Assembly: GCA_963826525.1 (NCBI GenBank)
Contig: CAWGXH010000004.1
Span: 960,001-1,024,000 of the forward strand
Source of the DNA: an uncultured Methanomicrobiaceae archaeon
Lineage (GTDB): Archaea; Halobacteriota; Methanomicrobia; Methanomicrobiales; Methanoculleaceae
Length of the DNA: 64,000 nucleotides
Reading direction: 5' to 3'
Part shown: positions 21,359 to 32,560 of the stretch, in pieces
Numbering within the stretch: the stretch's first letter is position 1
Layout: every line of letters begins with the position of its first letter
Program-made: the position numbers and the translations under genes
Notes under the pieces: generated by a model
Told to the model about the DNA's origin: nothing
The model's database searches: none
What the model saw: the letters and a program-made list of their open reading frames with translations, nothing else

Positions 21359-22159
21359 TTACGCCTTGACATAGAGGTGTGCGTACACGGGCTGCCCCTT
21401 CGACTTGGGGTGGCGTTCGCCGAGGTCCCCGATGTAATGGTTGAAGAGTGCATGCGTGCCGTCGATGTCGCGTTCGACGGTCTCGATCTCCTTGAATCCC
21501 GGCAGCGGGTTCTCGATCGTGCCGAAGACGTAGATGTTGCCTTTCACCATCTGGCCGCCGACACGCCCCTTGGCGTTCCCTTTGATGACGACGGTGCCGC
21601 CTTCCCCGTGGGTCGAAACGTGGATATCGGCGTCGCCGCCGATGACGATGGTTCCGCCGTTGATGAACGTGGCGGTATCGTTGCCGACGTTTCCGCCGAC
21701 GCGGATAACGCCGCCCTTCATTCCGCGCCACTCGCCGCGGGGTGCTGCGCCGACGTGGTGACCCGCATCGCCGTCGATGACGAGTTCGCCGCCTTCCATA
21801 CCGATGCCGCAGAAGGAGTCGGCCTTCCCCTTCACGTGGACCTTGCCGCCCTTCATCCAGCCGCCGATATACATGTCGGCGTCGCCCTCGATGACGATCT
21901 CACCGTCGGTCATCTGCTGGCCGATCCTCTTCACGCGAGTACAGTTGCCCTTGACGATGATCCTGGTTTCACCGGGGGTCGCCCCTGCGGAACCTTCTAT
22001 CGTGAAGTAATCTCCGAGCGGGATCTTCTCTTTCCCTTCCCATATCTCCAGGGCTGCAATCTCCGCAGGTGTCTTTCCGGCGAAGGCGTCGGGGGTAATG
22101 GAGTTGCACTCTAGATAGAGTCCCGACTGTTTGTTTAATGTCAGAGTTACCGTCTTCAT
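21359..22159 (-). CDS. fwdC: Formylmethanofuran dehydrogenase subunit C
   Basis: GXGXG beta-helix repeats (IGQQMTDG, IGGWMKGG, RGEWRGMKGG) and operon position. Mo versus W isoform (fmd/fwd) cannot be determined. Confidence 0.93.
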   Translation of the reverse strand: MKTVTLTLNKQSGLYLECNSITPDAFAGKTPAEIAALEIWEGKEKIPLGDYFTIEGSAGATPGETRIIVKGNCTRVKRIGQQMTDGEIVIEGDADMYIGGWMKGGKVHVKGKADSFCGIGMEGGELVIDGDAGHHVGAAPRGEWRGMKGGVIRVGGNVGNDTATFINGGTIVIGGDADIHVSTHGEGGTVVIKGNAKGRVGGQMVKGNIYVFGTIENPLPGFKEIETVERDIDGTHALFNHYIGDLGERHPKSKGQPVYAHLYVKA

Positions 22160-22169
22160 GTCATCCACC

Positions 22170-23873
22170 TCATTCTGCTGCAGGTACCTCAATGACCCGC
22201 GGGTTGTGCAGGTGCTCTTCGAACAGTGCATAGTTCTCCAGTTTGAGACTGTAGTGCTTGAGGAAGTGCTCATAGATGTCACGGTTGACCTGTGCATTCT
22301 CCGGAACCTTGACGTCTACCCAGATTGTCCGCTTTGCGGGTTCTGCGACGATCTCTCCGTCCCGGACAGTGATCACACCGTCCTTGATCATGTATGCGCA
22401 CCGTGAGAACGCGCGCTCGATCTCTTCGGCGTCCGAGGGCATGGCGTCTGCGTTCAGGTTGTAGATGGCCACGTCGGCGTCCATGCCGGGTGCGAGGCCA
22501 CCGTACATGTCAGCGATGCCGAGCGCCTTTGCGGTGCCGGCACGGGTCATCTGGGCGATCTCGTAGAACGAGAGCTCGCGGTCGATACCGGCGATGTTGG
22601 TGGCTTCGATAACCTTCCCGCGGTGCTTGAAGGCGTCGATCTGCTCGTTACGTGCATTCTCGCTCATCAGCCACTTGATGACGCGCGGATACCGGGTGAA
22701 GGGGCCGGCATTCGGGTGGTCGGTGGTGATGAACGTCCGCATCGGATCCTTTGCAAGGAGACCGATCTCAAGGCCGATAGCCCACTGAATGGCGTTCGCC
22801 TTGTTGTTCGCACTGTAGACGAACGGCACGACACCGGCGGCGGTCTCGAGTTCGACGTCGACGTTTGCCCACTTGAGGTTGTTCACCGACCGCAGGTGGT
22901 GCTCGAAGGGTCCGTCGGCGGTCATCGTGGTCGTTTCGTCAAGGGTGACCTGACCGATATCGACGGTGATGTTGTCGTGGCTGTTCACGTAGTCCATGAT
23001 CTCCGGGACCTTGGACTCGAAGTTAAGCCCTTCACCACCGTAGGAGTGGAACTGCAGGTGCGTGAGGTGCATGACCTGCGTCCTGCCGAACGTGTTCTTC
23101 GCGGTGTACCCCTCGGCGAGCCTGAGGGTTTCCAGCGTATCGACGTAGTTGCCGGGGTTCCCGAGGTTGTTCGGGTGAATGTGGATCGAGTGGGGGAGAC
23201 CGAGGGTACTCGTTCGTCTCGATGGATCCTTTGATGATCTGAGCCGGAGTGACGTCGAAGTACGGCACCGGTTCGTGGATGTTTGCACAGTTCAGACCCC
23301 ATCCCCATGCCTCGGAACCGCCGGGGTTGACGATCTTGATGCCGAATCCGCGGGTAGCACGGAGCAGCCAGGCGGTGTATGCTGCGTTATTCTCGATCTC
23401 GTTGTTTTTCAGGTACTCAAGAGAGAACCAGTTGTTCCCGAAGACGGGCATCGCGGATATGTCGATGATCGGCGTGTCGCGGATCTCCTCGTGCACGTGA
23501 GGCGAGTGGAGCGGGGGCATCGCCGCTTCGTTGACGTAGGAGTATCCCATCCGGGCGTAGTCGTAGCCTGTCTTGTAGACGGACGGGACTGAGGTGCCCA
23601 TCTCCATCCTGCTGGCGGTCTTTTTGATATTTTTGAAGAGCTTTTCTTCCGGGCGGAAGAGACGGCCGGTGTTGACTTTGGCCCCACGATGTGGGAGTGA
23701 ATGTCCACGCCGCCGGCCATGACGGTCATGCCGGTAGCGTCGATCGTCCGTGGGTTTTTAAGAGCAGTCGTCTCGACAATCTTGCCGTCCTTGATGGCGA
23801 TATCCACCTTGTCGCCTTTGATCCCCTGCAGGGGGTCGAAGACGAAACCGTTCTTGATGATGATCTCACTCAT
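22170..23873 (-). CDS. fwdA: Formylmethanofuran dehydrogenase subunit A, two 1-bp frameshifts (near 23680 and 23205)
   Basis: GGVDIHSH, KIVNPGG, HSIHIHPNNLGNPGN, HLQFHSY and TTDHPNAGPF are spread over three consecutive frames. Confidence 0.92.
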
Positions 23874-23877
23874 TGTT

Positions 23878-25254
23878 TTACTCCCCCACGATGGTCTTCT
23901 GCGTGTCCGCTGCCGCCGTACTTGGCTGAGTAAGTCCCTCTTCAGCCTCGATCTCGCAGATCCGCTGGTGAATCCGCTCGAAGAGTTCCTCGTCGCTGAT
24001 GACGCCCTCGGGCGGGTTCAGCACCTGGCGGTACTGGATCGGGACGTTGTCCATACGATAGACGATGCCCGGGACCTCGACGCCGACGATCCCGACCGGG
24101 ATGTGGAGGTCGGAGATCTCGCTGGCCATACAGATGTTCGGGTCGATGGTGATCCAGGGATGCTTCTTTAAGTGTTTGACGGCCTCGATCGGGAAGTGTG
24201 CTCCTGCATCGGTTCCGATGTTGAAGAAGGCGTCCACCTCGTCCCGCATGGCAAGGTCGACGGAGCTCGTCTCACCGGGGTTCATGTAGGCGTGGTCTTT
24301 CTTGCTCATGTCGATACAGTAGGGGTATCCGGTTGTCCATGCCCAGACCACGCCGGGACCGGCGATGTTGTAGTGGCCGCGCATCGCCATGATCGTCCAC
24401 TTGGTGAAGTCGTTCAGGTCGCGGGTCATGCTGATGGCGATATCCACATTGTGGTTGCGGCCGTCGGAGTGGCAGAGACCCATGCCGTAGAAGATGGTGC
24501 CGAAGCGGGCTTTCTTTAAGATATCAGCGACCTCCAGAATCTGCTCCTTTTTCACACCGGCGACCTCGTCCGGGATATCTTCGCCGTGGAGAACCGTCCT
24601 GAAAGCGTTGAAGAGATCGTAGTCATAGCCCTGCTTCACCTGGACGTAGATGTCGGCGACGCGGGCTGTATCGGTGTAGCGGGGATCGATGACGATGATC
24701 TTCCGGCCTTTGTGGCCCTTCCCGGTGAAGAAACCGCGGGGGAAGATCGAGTAGCGGGACATGTGCCGTGGGTGAGCGTGTGCCGGGTTAGAGCCCCAGT
24801 AGACGATAACGTCCGCCCGGTTCTTGGTCTCTCCGAGGGTGCAACTCGGGTATCCGTTGTCGAATATGGCCAAAAACGAGCTGCCGTGGCAGATCGAGGC
24901 ACAGTTATCGAGCACCGCCCCCGCTTTCTCGGCGACCTTGGCTGCGGCGGCCATTCCCTCGCAGTTTGTCGAGCCGAAGCCGTAGATGAGGGGTTTTTTC
25001 GCCTTGACCAGAACTTTTGCCGCGTAGTCGACCGCTTCATCGTAGCTGATGTCCTTGTAGGCGCCGTCCGGCTGGCGGAGACGGGGCAGCTTGATCCGGT
25101 TGTCACCGGAGGCGTGATGAAATATCTCATTCCCGATTGCACAGGCGTTCTCGACCTCGAGGACATTCCTTCCGTCGTCGGAAACGGTCACGACGAGGTC
25201 GTCGCAGCAGACGCCGCAGTAGGGACATCCGACGTTCTCAATTCTCTTTGGCAT
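23878..25254 (-). CDS. fwdB: Formylmethanofuran dehydrogenase subunit B (Cys-type, no Sec)
   Basis: CPYCGVCCDD, DNCASICHG, WGSNPAHAHPRH, MRGHYN. Confidence 0.95.
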   Translation of the reverse strand: MPKRIENVGCPYCGVCCDDLVVTVSDDGRNVLEVENACAIGNEIFHHASGDNRIKLPRLRQPDGAYKDISYDEAVDYAAKVLVKAKKPLIYGFGSTNCEGMAAAAKVAEKAGAVLDNCASICHGSSFLAIFDNGYPSCTLGETKNRADVIVYWGSNPAHAHPRHMSRYSIFPRGFFTGKGHKGRKIIVIDPRYTDTARVADIYVQVKQGYDYDLFNAFRTVLHGEDIPDEVAGVKKEQILEVADILKKARFGTIFYGMGLCHSDGRNHNVDIAISMTRDLNDFTKWTIMAMRGHYNIAGPGVVWAWTTGYPYCIDMSKKDHAYMNPGETSSVDLAMRDEVDAFFNIGTDAGAHFPIEAVKHLKKHPWITIDPNICMASEISDLHIPVGIVGVEVPGIVYRMDNVPIQYRQVLNPPEGVISDEELFERIHQRICEIEAEEGLTQPSTAAADTQKTIVGE

Positions 25255-25256
25255 CC

Positions 25257-25668
25257 TTAATCACCTTTCCATAGCCCGACGGCTCCCTGAACGCACTCGA
25301 GCGCACTCTTTCTCTTCATCCCTCTTGCGGGTTCGACCGTCACGGGAAAACCACTGTACCTGGGGCTCCCCGGTCGCCTGCGTCCGCGCCGGGACGATCT
25401 GGTTTGCCCAGACGCCCTGGGGGATAAATGCCAGACCGGGATAGAGTGTCTGGCGGCCCTTGACGGATTTCACGACGACACTCCCGCATTCGCTCGTTAC
25501 TTTCACGAGCTGGTTCGGCACCAGACCGAGTTTTCTGCTATCCTCTTCATTCAGCTCAATTATCGAGCAGGCTTCGAAGTATTCCTGCGTCGTTTTCCCC
25601 TTCTCCATCGCAACACCTTCTTCGATGGAGCGCTGGGTGATCATATTCAGCGTCAGTTTGTCTACCAT
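25257..25668 (-). CDS. fwdD: Formylmethanofuran dehydrogenase subunit D, +1 frameshift near 25360
   Basis: ITQRSIEEG, GLAFIPQGVWAN. Removing one G restores TGEPQYSGFPVTVEP and a TAA at 25257-25259. Confidence 0.9.
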
Positions 25669-25965
25669 ACCTATACCTCTTCATGCATCACGTGCTCATT
25701 CGATGGCAAACGGAATGCCTCCGACCCTGAAGTCCACAACGGACTTTTGGGATGGAGAATGGCAGTGTCGCCGTCCTGCTGTGACTGCGACCAGGGTTTC
25801 CCGGCCTTCTCCGGGACAATTATGCCCGACCGGGCGCAAAGCCGCCCCGGATGGTGGGAGACCACCTGTTCACACCGGAGAGGTGCGTGGAGCATCGTTC
25901 GGGGAGTACGTTCGCCGGTCGGGAACGTGTTCCGACAAAGCGTTGTAATGGTTTTTATTTAACCG
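25669..25965 (-). promoter_or_regulatory. TATA box and long structured 5' leader of the fwdDBAC operon
   Basis: Minus-strand TTAAATAAAA near 25952-25962, followed by about seven consecutive hairpins between 25936 and 25730. Confidence 0.5.
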
Positions 25966-26420
25966 TTCCGATGGATTTACTGCCGAAAAAATGGAAAAGC
26001 CGCCCGAATATTGTAAACTTAATCCCATTGATGTTCTCCAAAGTGTCAACGTACCTGTGTAATCTTTTTTCCCCGATCTCACACTATTTTCCCTGTCTGA
26101 CCGGGGGACGTATTATTTCAAAAGTACTTAACTCGCCTCTCGCCAGGCATGAGACTTCCCGTCCGGGCTGCCGGGGTAAGTCCCTTCGAAAAAGGATGAA
26201 ATCGTTCGGATTTGGGGAAAAGCGCAGGGAGATCTGCATCTTCCAGCACTGCATTGGGCACTCCGGTGAGCTCTCCGGAGGCAGAGACGCGGAAACGGCC
26301 GGATATTGTCAGGATAAAGGTCGCGATCGGCCTGCCGGTTTCATCTCCTGTGCGGTGACCTTCACTTTTGGGCGAGTCGGCATGCATTTATCGCAGAGTC
26401 GGTTCAGAACTGTACCATTC

Positions 26421-27515
26421 ATGGCTGGCGATAACAGGATCATCCTCCATGTGGATATGGATAGCTTCTACGCCTCTATCGAGGTTCGGGAGCGTCCTGC
26501 TCTTCTGGGCTTCCCGGTCGTCGTTGGGGCCGACCCGCGGGGCGGAGCAGGGCGGGGCGTCGTCAGCACCTGCTCCTACGAGGCACGGCGGTGTGGCATT
26601 CACTCGGGCCAGCCCATCTCCCGGGCGTTCGATCTCTGTCCGCATGCCGTCTTTCTGCCGGTGAACCACCGTCTCTACGCCGGGGTCTCCGGGAACGTGA
26701 TGCAGATCCTCATGCAGTATGCCGAGAGGATGGAGCAGGTGAGTATCGACGAAGCCTACCTTGATCTCACGGGCATCGCGAGTTACACGGAGGCGGAGCA
26801 GATTGCCCGGAGCCTGAAGGATGCGGTTCTGGCAGCGGAAGGCCTCACCTGCTCGGTCGGGATAGGCCCGAGCAAGGTCATCGCCAAGATCGCCTCGGAC
26901 TTCCAGAAACCCGACGGCCTGACGGTCGTCCCGCCCGGCCGGGTATCGGAGTTCCTCGCCCCGCTCCCGGTCGGGAAAATCCCGGGCGTCGGGAAGAAGA
27001 CCGGGGTGGAGCTTGCCGGGATGGGAATCCATACGGTGGGCGAGCTTGCGGCGTATGATGTTCAAGAGCTGATCACCCGTTTCGGAAGTGGGGGTGTCAG
27101 GATCCGTGACCTTGCGCTCGGCAGGGACGAACGTGAGGTAGAAATGAGGGAGGGGGCGAAGTCGATCAGCAGGGAGATGACTTTTGAGGAGGATACGGAC
27201 GATACCTTCTCTGTCGGGGAGGCAATGGATCTCCTTGCCGCCGATCTGGCACAGACCCTCGCGAAGGAGGCGCTCCGGTTCCGGACACTGACGGTGAAGG
27301 TGCGCTACCGCGGTTTTGTCACCCACACCCGCTCGCGGACGTTCGATCACGCCACGAGCGATCCGGCGGTGATCCGCGAGGGTGCCCGTGAGCTGCTGGC
27401 GCCGTTCCTTGACGGGAGATACATCAGGCTGATCGGGCTTCGGCTCTCGGGGTTCGACCGAAACCGGGTAAGGCAGGCCTCGCTTGACGAGTTCTTCACG
27501 CCGGAACAGGGGTGA
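26421..27515 (+). CDS. dinB: DNA polymerase IV (Y family)
   Basis: ILHVDMDSFYASIE, STCSYEAR, SIDEAYLD, KIASDFQKPDG. Confidence 0.95.
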   Translation: MAGDNRIILHVDMDSFYASIEVRERPALLGFPVVVGADPRGGAGRGVVSTCSYEARRCGIHSGQPISRAFDLCPHAVFLPVNHRLYAGVSGNVMQILMQYAERMEQVSIDEAYLDLTGIASYTEAEQIARSLKDAVLAAEGLTCSVGIGPSKVIAKIASDFQKPDGLTVVPPGRVSEFLAPLPVGKIPGVGKKTGVELAGMGIHTVGELAAYDVQELITRFGSGGVRIRDLALGRDEREVEMREGAKSISREMTFEEDTDDTFSVGEAMDLLAADLAQTLAKEALRFRTLTVKVRYRGFVTHTRSRTFDHATSDPAVIREGARELLAPFLDGRYIRLIGLRLSGFDRNRVRQASLDEFFTPEQG

Positions 27516-27524
27516 AACCCGCCG

Positions 27525-28202
27525 TCACTTTTGTCCGTCCACATCCATCCGGATGCGTCGCACCCGCTCCTCGACGGGTGGGAAGTACCCGGAGAACTGC
27601 CTGCAGGACGGGGGATGGAGGGTCGTGACGATGCGGCCGGGACCCTGCCGGGTACCCCTTCTGGCCGCGATATCGGTGAGGATCCCGAGGAGGAGCAGTG
27701 AAGGCTCGTGTATGTTGTACTGAGTCTTCATTATCTCGGCGGCATACCGGTCGGCGGTGAACTCTTCGTCGTACATCCGGCGGTAGAAGATTCGGTAGAT
27801 GAGGAGCATGACGGCGAGTGCGGCAGAAATAATCAGGGCCTTTGTCGGTACCTGGCCGAGAAGTCCTTCCATAGCCGTAAGCCCCGCGTCAGGGAGGGTG
27901 GCGAAGGGGGACTTTGTGAGTACAATAAGGAGGAGCAGGGGGAGCGCGATGATGCCGTAGGGGGTGAGGGATCCTTTCTTGATATGCCCTTCTTCGTGCA
28001 GGAGAATGAACCGGAGTGCATCGTCGCTCAGCCGACTGAGTTTCTCATCGTAGAAAGCCTTCCGGTACCGGATGCTCCGCATGAACCCCTGCACGTTCAG
28101 GGTTGTCGGACACTCCCGCAACCGGCGTTTTTCAGCGATCAGACCCTCCGCCTGCAGTTCATGGAAGATCCGAAAGAACCGGTTGTTGCTGATATCGTCC
28201 AT
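27525..28202 (-). CDS. M48/M56-like membrane zinc metalloprotease
   Basis: ILLHEEGH, EEFTADRYA, YFPPVEERV and two hydrophobic segments. Confidence 0.7.
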   Translation of the reverse strand: MDDISNNRFFRIFHELQAEGLIAEKRRLRECPTTLNVQGFMRSIRYRKAFYDEKLSRLSDDALRFILLHEEGHIKKGSLTPYGIIALPLLLLIVLTKSPFATLPDAGLTAMEGLLGQVPTKALIISAALAVMLLIYRIFYRRMYDEEFTADRYAAEIMKTQYNIHEPSLLLLGILTDIAARRGTRQGPGRIVTTLHPPSCRQFSGYFPPVEERVRRIRMDVDGQK

Positions 28203-28335
28203 TCCGCACTCAGTGACTTTTATTGTAGCTGCTGATATAATCTACCTAAATATATTATTTATTTTCAACAATTTCCCGGGAAAATAGAACCTTTTTCTGA
28301 TGAGATCACGACACACATCATGCCCTCTCTATCCG

Positions 28336-29894
28336 TCATGATCCCGGGTGCGGCGGTTCAGTCCCGGAATATGTATCGGCATCGGTCTTTTCGGTCTGCG
28401 GCACGCCATCGGAGTGCTCGTCTGGTATAAGGCCGCCTCCGAATACCCGGGATACCATGATGGCGGCGATCGGGGCGCCGAAGACGAGTGCCCACCCTAC
28501 CGCCTGGGCGAGGGGTGGATATCCACCGTAGGGCGCGGCGATCCTGTCGATCAGGTTTGTGGCAACCGCGACGATCAGGACGGCAGGAACGAGATACCCG
28601 ATACTGACATCCCACCACCTGCCGACCGGGTGGGACGCCGATGCGTTCATGAATCTGCGAAGTCGCCCGGCGCCGTAGAGGTGGCCGATCACGGCTGCTT
28701 CCAGGATGCCGACGATAAGAATTGCAAATGAATTGTAGTAGGAGTCGACAAGATCGATCCAGTACAGCCCGCCCTCCGTCATAAAGAGCAGGCCTGTCAG
28801 AAAGATTCCTGCACAGATCATGGCGGAGAGCAACGCGGGTGGTGTGCCGACATAGTCCTGGAGCGATATGCTGAGCCCCTCGACCGCAGCGAAGATGGAG
28901 TCGACGGCAAGGGTGACGAACATCAGGAAGAAGAGGATGCCGAAGATTTCAGGGGCCAGGGGCAGGAGGCTGATCGCCGCCGGGTAGACCACGAACGCGA
29001 GTTCGACACCCCCTTCCACGACCTCGGGAACCGGCACGCCGGTGGTGTGGGCGAGGTACCCAGGGTCGAGAAGACGGCAATCCCTGCGATGAACGATGTG
29101 ATACCGTTCGCGATACAGATCAGAAACCCGCTCCTGGCGAGGTCATGCCGGTCCGGGAGAAATTTTGCGTAGGCGATCATGATTCCCATACCGATCGAGA
29201 GTGAGTAGAAGATCTGCCCGAAAGCGGCCACCCAGACACCGGGTCTCGTGAGCGCTGCAAAATCCGGCGTCAGGTAGTATGAAAGCCCGTCGAGTGCCCC
29301 CGGTAGTGTCACGCCCCGGACGACCATAACGATCAGGAAGATCCAGGGGAGGAGTACCGTCAGCCAGATGACCCTCTCGACGCTCCTGATTCCGCGGAAG
29401 ATCGAGACGTATACTGCTATCCAGGAGATGACGGCACCGAGAACAACCAGCCAGTTCATGCCGCCGAGCGTGAAGATGTCGGGTGAGAGGCGGAGGAAGG
29501 TGCTGTAGAAGAATCCTTCGGGGTCCGACCCCCAGGCCAGCGTCGAGGCAAACCCGATGTAGTTCACACCCCAGGCCATGATCACCGAATAGTATGCCAT
29601 CAGGATCACGGTCAGGATCACGACCAGCCAGCCGATCCAGGCGGTCTTCCGGCCGATAAGCACCTGGAACGATCCGGGAACTCCTGCACGTGCCCGGTAT
29701 CCGACGGCGCTCTCCATCAGCCAGAGTGGAATGCCTGCAAAGAGCAGGGCGACGATATAGGGAATCAGAAATGCCCCGCCGCCGTTATCGTAGCAGACAT
29801 AGGGAAACCGCCAGAGGTTCCCGAGGCCAATTGCCGCCCCTATCCCGGCGAGGATGAAGGTGAGCCGGGAGCTCCACTGCGGTTCTGCACTCAT
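28336..29894 (-). CDS. Sodium-dependent transporter (NSS/SNF family), frameshift near 29060
   Basis: WSSRLTFILAGIGAAIGLGNLWRFPY, GQIFYSLSIG, then GVELAFVVYP in the second frame. Confidence 0.9.
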
Positions 29895-30116
29895 CGTCAA
29901 GAAGTTTTACGTCCGGGGCCGGATAGATGTTGTGTTCCCTCTCCGGACTCGTATCGCGAGTTTGTATCCTGAAATGGACATCCGGTGCGGGATCAACAGC
30001 GGCGGTGAAGCAACCGGATCGACACCATGGCAGGCACTTCTCCTTTTGGGCACCCTCGTCTGCATACCCGGAGATAGAACCGGATATCCGGATTTCACTT
30101 TTTTCTGCCGTGGGAG

Positions 30117-30608
30117 GTGGTGTTCCTCCGGCATCGAATACTTATTCATTCTCGCGGTCAAGCTGCTCAGCAGTGCGCAACATACAGCTCCCGCTCGGTG
30201 CATTCGATCCTGAGGCCGGCCCCCTCTGCAACGGCAACCCCGACCAGAATGGGTTTCTGCCCCTCTGCTACCGCTGCCCCTGTGCCGACCGGACAGCCCG
30301 CCCGCTCCGGTGCCGGGAGTACCGATCTCCCGATACGGGCACGGGACAAGTACGCCCTGAAGGGCTGGAAGAGGGTTCGGAGCCTCGTTCTCAGGCGCGA
30401 CGACCACCGGTGCGCTATCTGTTCCGGAGAGGAGAATCTGCACATCCACCATATCGACGGCGACAATACGCACGACAGGCCTGAAAACCTCGTCACCCTC
30501 TGTGAGTTCTGCCACGCCCGGGTGCATACCGAGCTCCGGCGGGAGGGGGGCATCGAGCGGGTGGCGCGGGTGCTCGCCGTGGTGCGAACGGAGAAGGGCG
30601 AGACCTGA
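30117..30608 (+). CDS. Stand-alone HNH endonuclease (start uncertain, possibly 30249)
   Basis: WKRVRSLVLRRDDHRCAIC...LHIHHID...ENLVTLCEFCHARVH. Confidence 0.8.
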   Translation: MVFLRHRILIHSRGQAAQQCATYSSRSVHSILRPAPSATATPTRMGFCPSATAAPVPTGQPARSGAGSTDLPIRARDKYALKGWKRVRSLVLRRDDHRCAICSGEENLHIHHIDGDNTHDRPENLVTLCEFCHARVHTELRREGGIERVARVLAVVRTEKGET

Positions 30609-31163
30609 TCGTTCCAGAAGACGCCCGGGAACGTATGCGGGACACAATATCGTCACGTGGAACGGCACGTTCGTTGCAATCCAGGCCTGGTGTACGCTCT
30701 GATCCTAAGTATGTGTCCCCCCCAAAAGTGCCGGTGTTTGAAAATTTATCCGGTTCGAAGCCACGTTCACGTAATCAATCCAGGGAAAAATCGCACCATA
30801 AGCCGGATCGCGAGCACGGCCAATCCCCGAGTTATCGCGTCGGAAGGGGGTCTCCCTCTTCTGTGATCCGGGGGAGAAGAGCGGGACGCGTTCTGCAGCC
30901 GGGATTACCTGACGGTAATAGGCCTGCCTGCGTCGACCGGAGTTACCGTAAGGTCGATACGACGTCCGCCCCGTCCCGGCAAGTCCCGTGAACATCGTTG
31001 GGCGGATCGGGGGCGATGCCGCGAGGCTGCGTGATGCCCTGGGGGCAGGGGGCAGTGCGGGTGGAGAAGGTCTGATCCCCTCCCGCCGATGCCTGTGCCC
31101 AGGGGATACTGTTATATCAGACCTCTGTGAGTGTAAGCATCGTTACAGGGGGAAGCGTCAGGG

Positions 31164-32000
31164 ATGGGAATACTCGGGCACCTCTTCGGGGGGAGAGAGG
31201 AAGGGTCAGATGTGCCCCGGCACGACCGCGACCACGAAAGGGCATGGAACAGCGCCGCGATCGCTTTTGCCCGGGAAGGAAGGTTTGACGATGCGGTCGG
31301 CTGTTTCGATCGGGCGCTCGTGACCGATCCGAAGAATCCGAAGCTCTGGAACAACAAAGGCGTGTTTCTTGAACTCCAGAACCGGGACCAGGACGCGCTG
31401 GCCTGCTTTACGGAGGCTCTTTCTATCGACCCCGGATTCGTCCCGGCATGGATCTCGCGGGGAATGATGCACCGGCGCCGGGGCAGGCTAACCGAGGCTC
31501 TGGACTGTTACGACCGGGCGCTTACCCTCGATCCGGGATCGGTTATCGGCTGGTACAACCGGAGCGGTGTCTTCATGGCGCTCGACCGGATACCGGAAGC
31601 GGTATCCTGCTATGAAAAGGCGCTTGCTATCGATCCGCATTTCGTCCCGGGGTGGATCGATCTCGGGTATGCCCATTTCACCCAGCAGCGCTATGAAGAG
31701 GCACTCTCCTGTTACGACCGGGCACTGGCATCCGACGCTGAGAATACGCGTGCCTGGAGCCTGAAGGGCGGAGCGCTCTATGCCTCCGGGAAGTACCGGC
31801 AGGCACTTTCATGTTTCGACCGAGTGCTTGCGTTCGATCCCGCCTCCGCCTCCGGGTGGAGCATGAAGTGCAGCGTGCTCTTCCGTATGGAGCGGTACCG
31901 GGACGCCCTCACCTGCGCCGATCGGGCGCTCGCACTCGAGTCGGACTGTTCCGTGACCCTGCAGGTTCGCGAACGGCTGCTGGAGATCATTGGTGACTGA
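31164..32000 (+). CDS. Tetratricopeptide repeat protein
   Basis: About seven 34-aa TPR units (W..KG...A..CFDRAL..DP). Confidence 0.9.
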   Translation: MGILGHLFGGREEGSDVPRHDRDHERAWNSAAIAFAREGRFDDAVGCFDRALVTDPKNPKLWNNKGVFLELQNRDQDALACFTEALSIDPGFVPAWISRGMMHRRRGRLTEALDCYDRALTLDPGSVIGWYNRSGVFMALDRIPEAVSCYEKALAIDPHFVPGWIDLGYAHFTQQRYEEALSCYDRALASDAENTRAWSLKGGALYASGKYRQALSCFDRVLAFDPASASGWSMKCSVLFRMERYRDALTCADRALALESDCSVTLQVRERLLEIIGD

Positions 32001-32022
32001 TCCCGTATCCGGCGACGGCCTT

Positions 32023-32378
32023 TCACTCCGGTGCCGATCGCCCTTCCCGGACGGATGTCGATGCATCGGTTGCATCCGGTGCGGAGCGGTTCCGGAGATC
32101 CGCAAGTTCAAAAGCCGTATCGTCGAGGTGCCGGACGACCCGGTTCAGAAACACGGTCTTCGGCCTGCTCGCGAGCCGATACGCGAATACGGGAACTGTT
32201 TTCCGAAGATCAGAACGGTCTCTGCGCCGGGGGGGATATCGTCCGGTCGGTGCCCTGCACTGGCGGTGATGCGGGAGACCGGGACAGTGGCATGTACATC
32301 GATGCCCCGACCGGAGAGATACCTCCGGACTTCCGCGAGGCATGTGACAGAGCCCGCCTGCTCTTCGTCTTCCATACC
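32023..32378 (-). pseudogene. Remnant of an epoxyqueuosine-reductase-like Fe-S protein N-terminus
   Basis: HRPDDIPPGAETVLIFGKQFP / LNRVVRHLDDTAFELADL resembles the N-half of 41586-42389. Fe-S half is missing. Confidence 0.4.
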
Positions 32379-32560
32379 GTCATGTCGCATTCGGACTATA
32401 TAGGCGAGATCCGGCACCGCGAACCGTCGAGGAGCAGGGACAGTTTTATAGTGTACCCCGGAGTGATAGCATGCCGGGGGGAGTGTCGAGAGTGCGTCCG
32501 GCAGAGGTTCGGAGCGAACCGGTAGGCCCGGAAACCGGGTGGCAGGGCGGTGCGGCGGAT

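Noticed and set aside
22170-25668. Programmed ribosomal frameshifting or selenocysteine recoding in fwd genes
   Set aside because: No consistent slippery sites, indels are equally common in unrelated genes, and FwdB has Cys with no in-frame TGA.
30117-30608. IscB/HEARO-type RNA-guided nuclease
   Set aside because: The protein has only an HNH domain, with no PLMP or RuvC motifs and no transposon ends.
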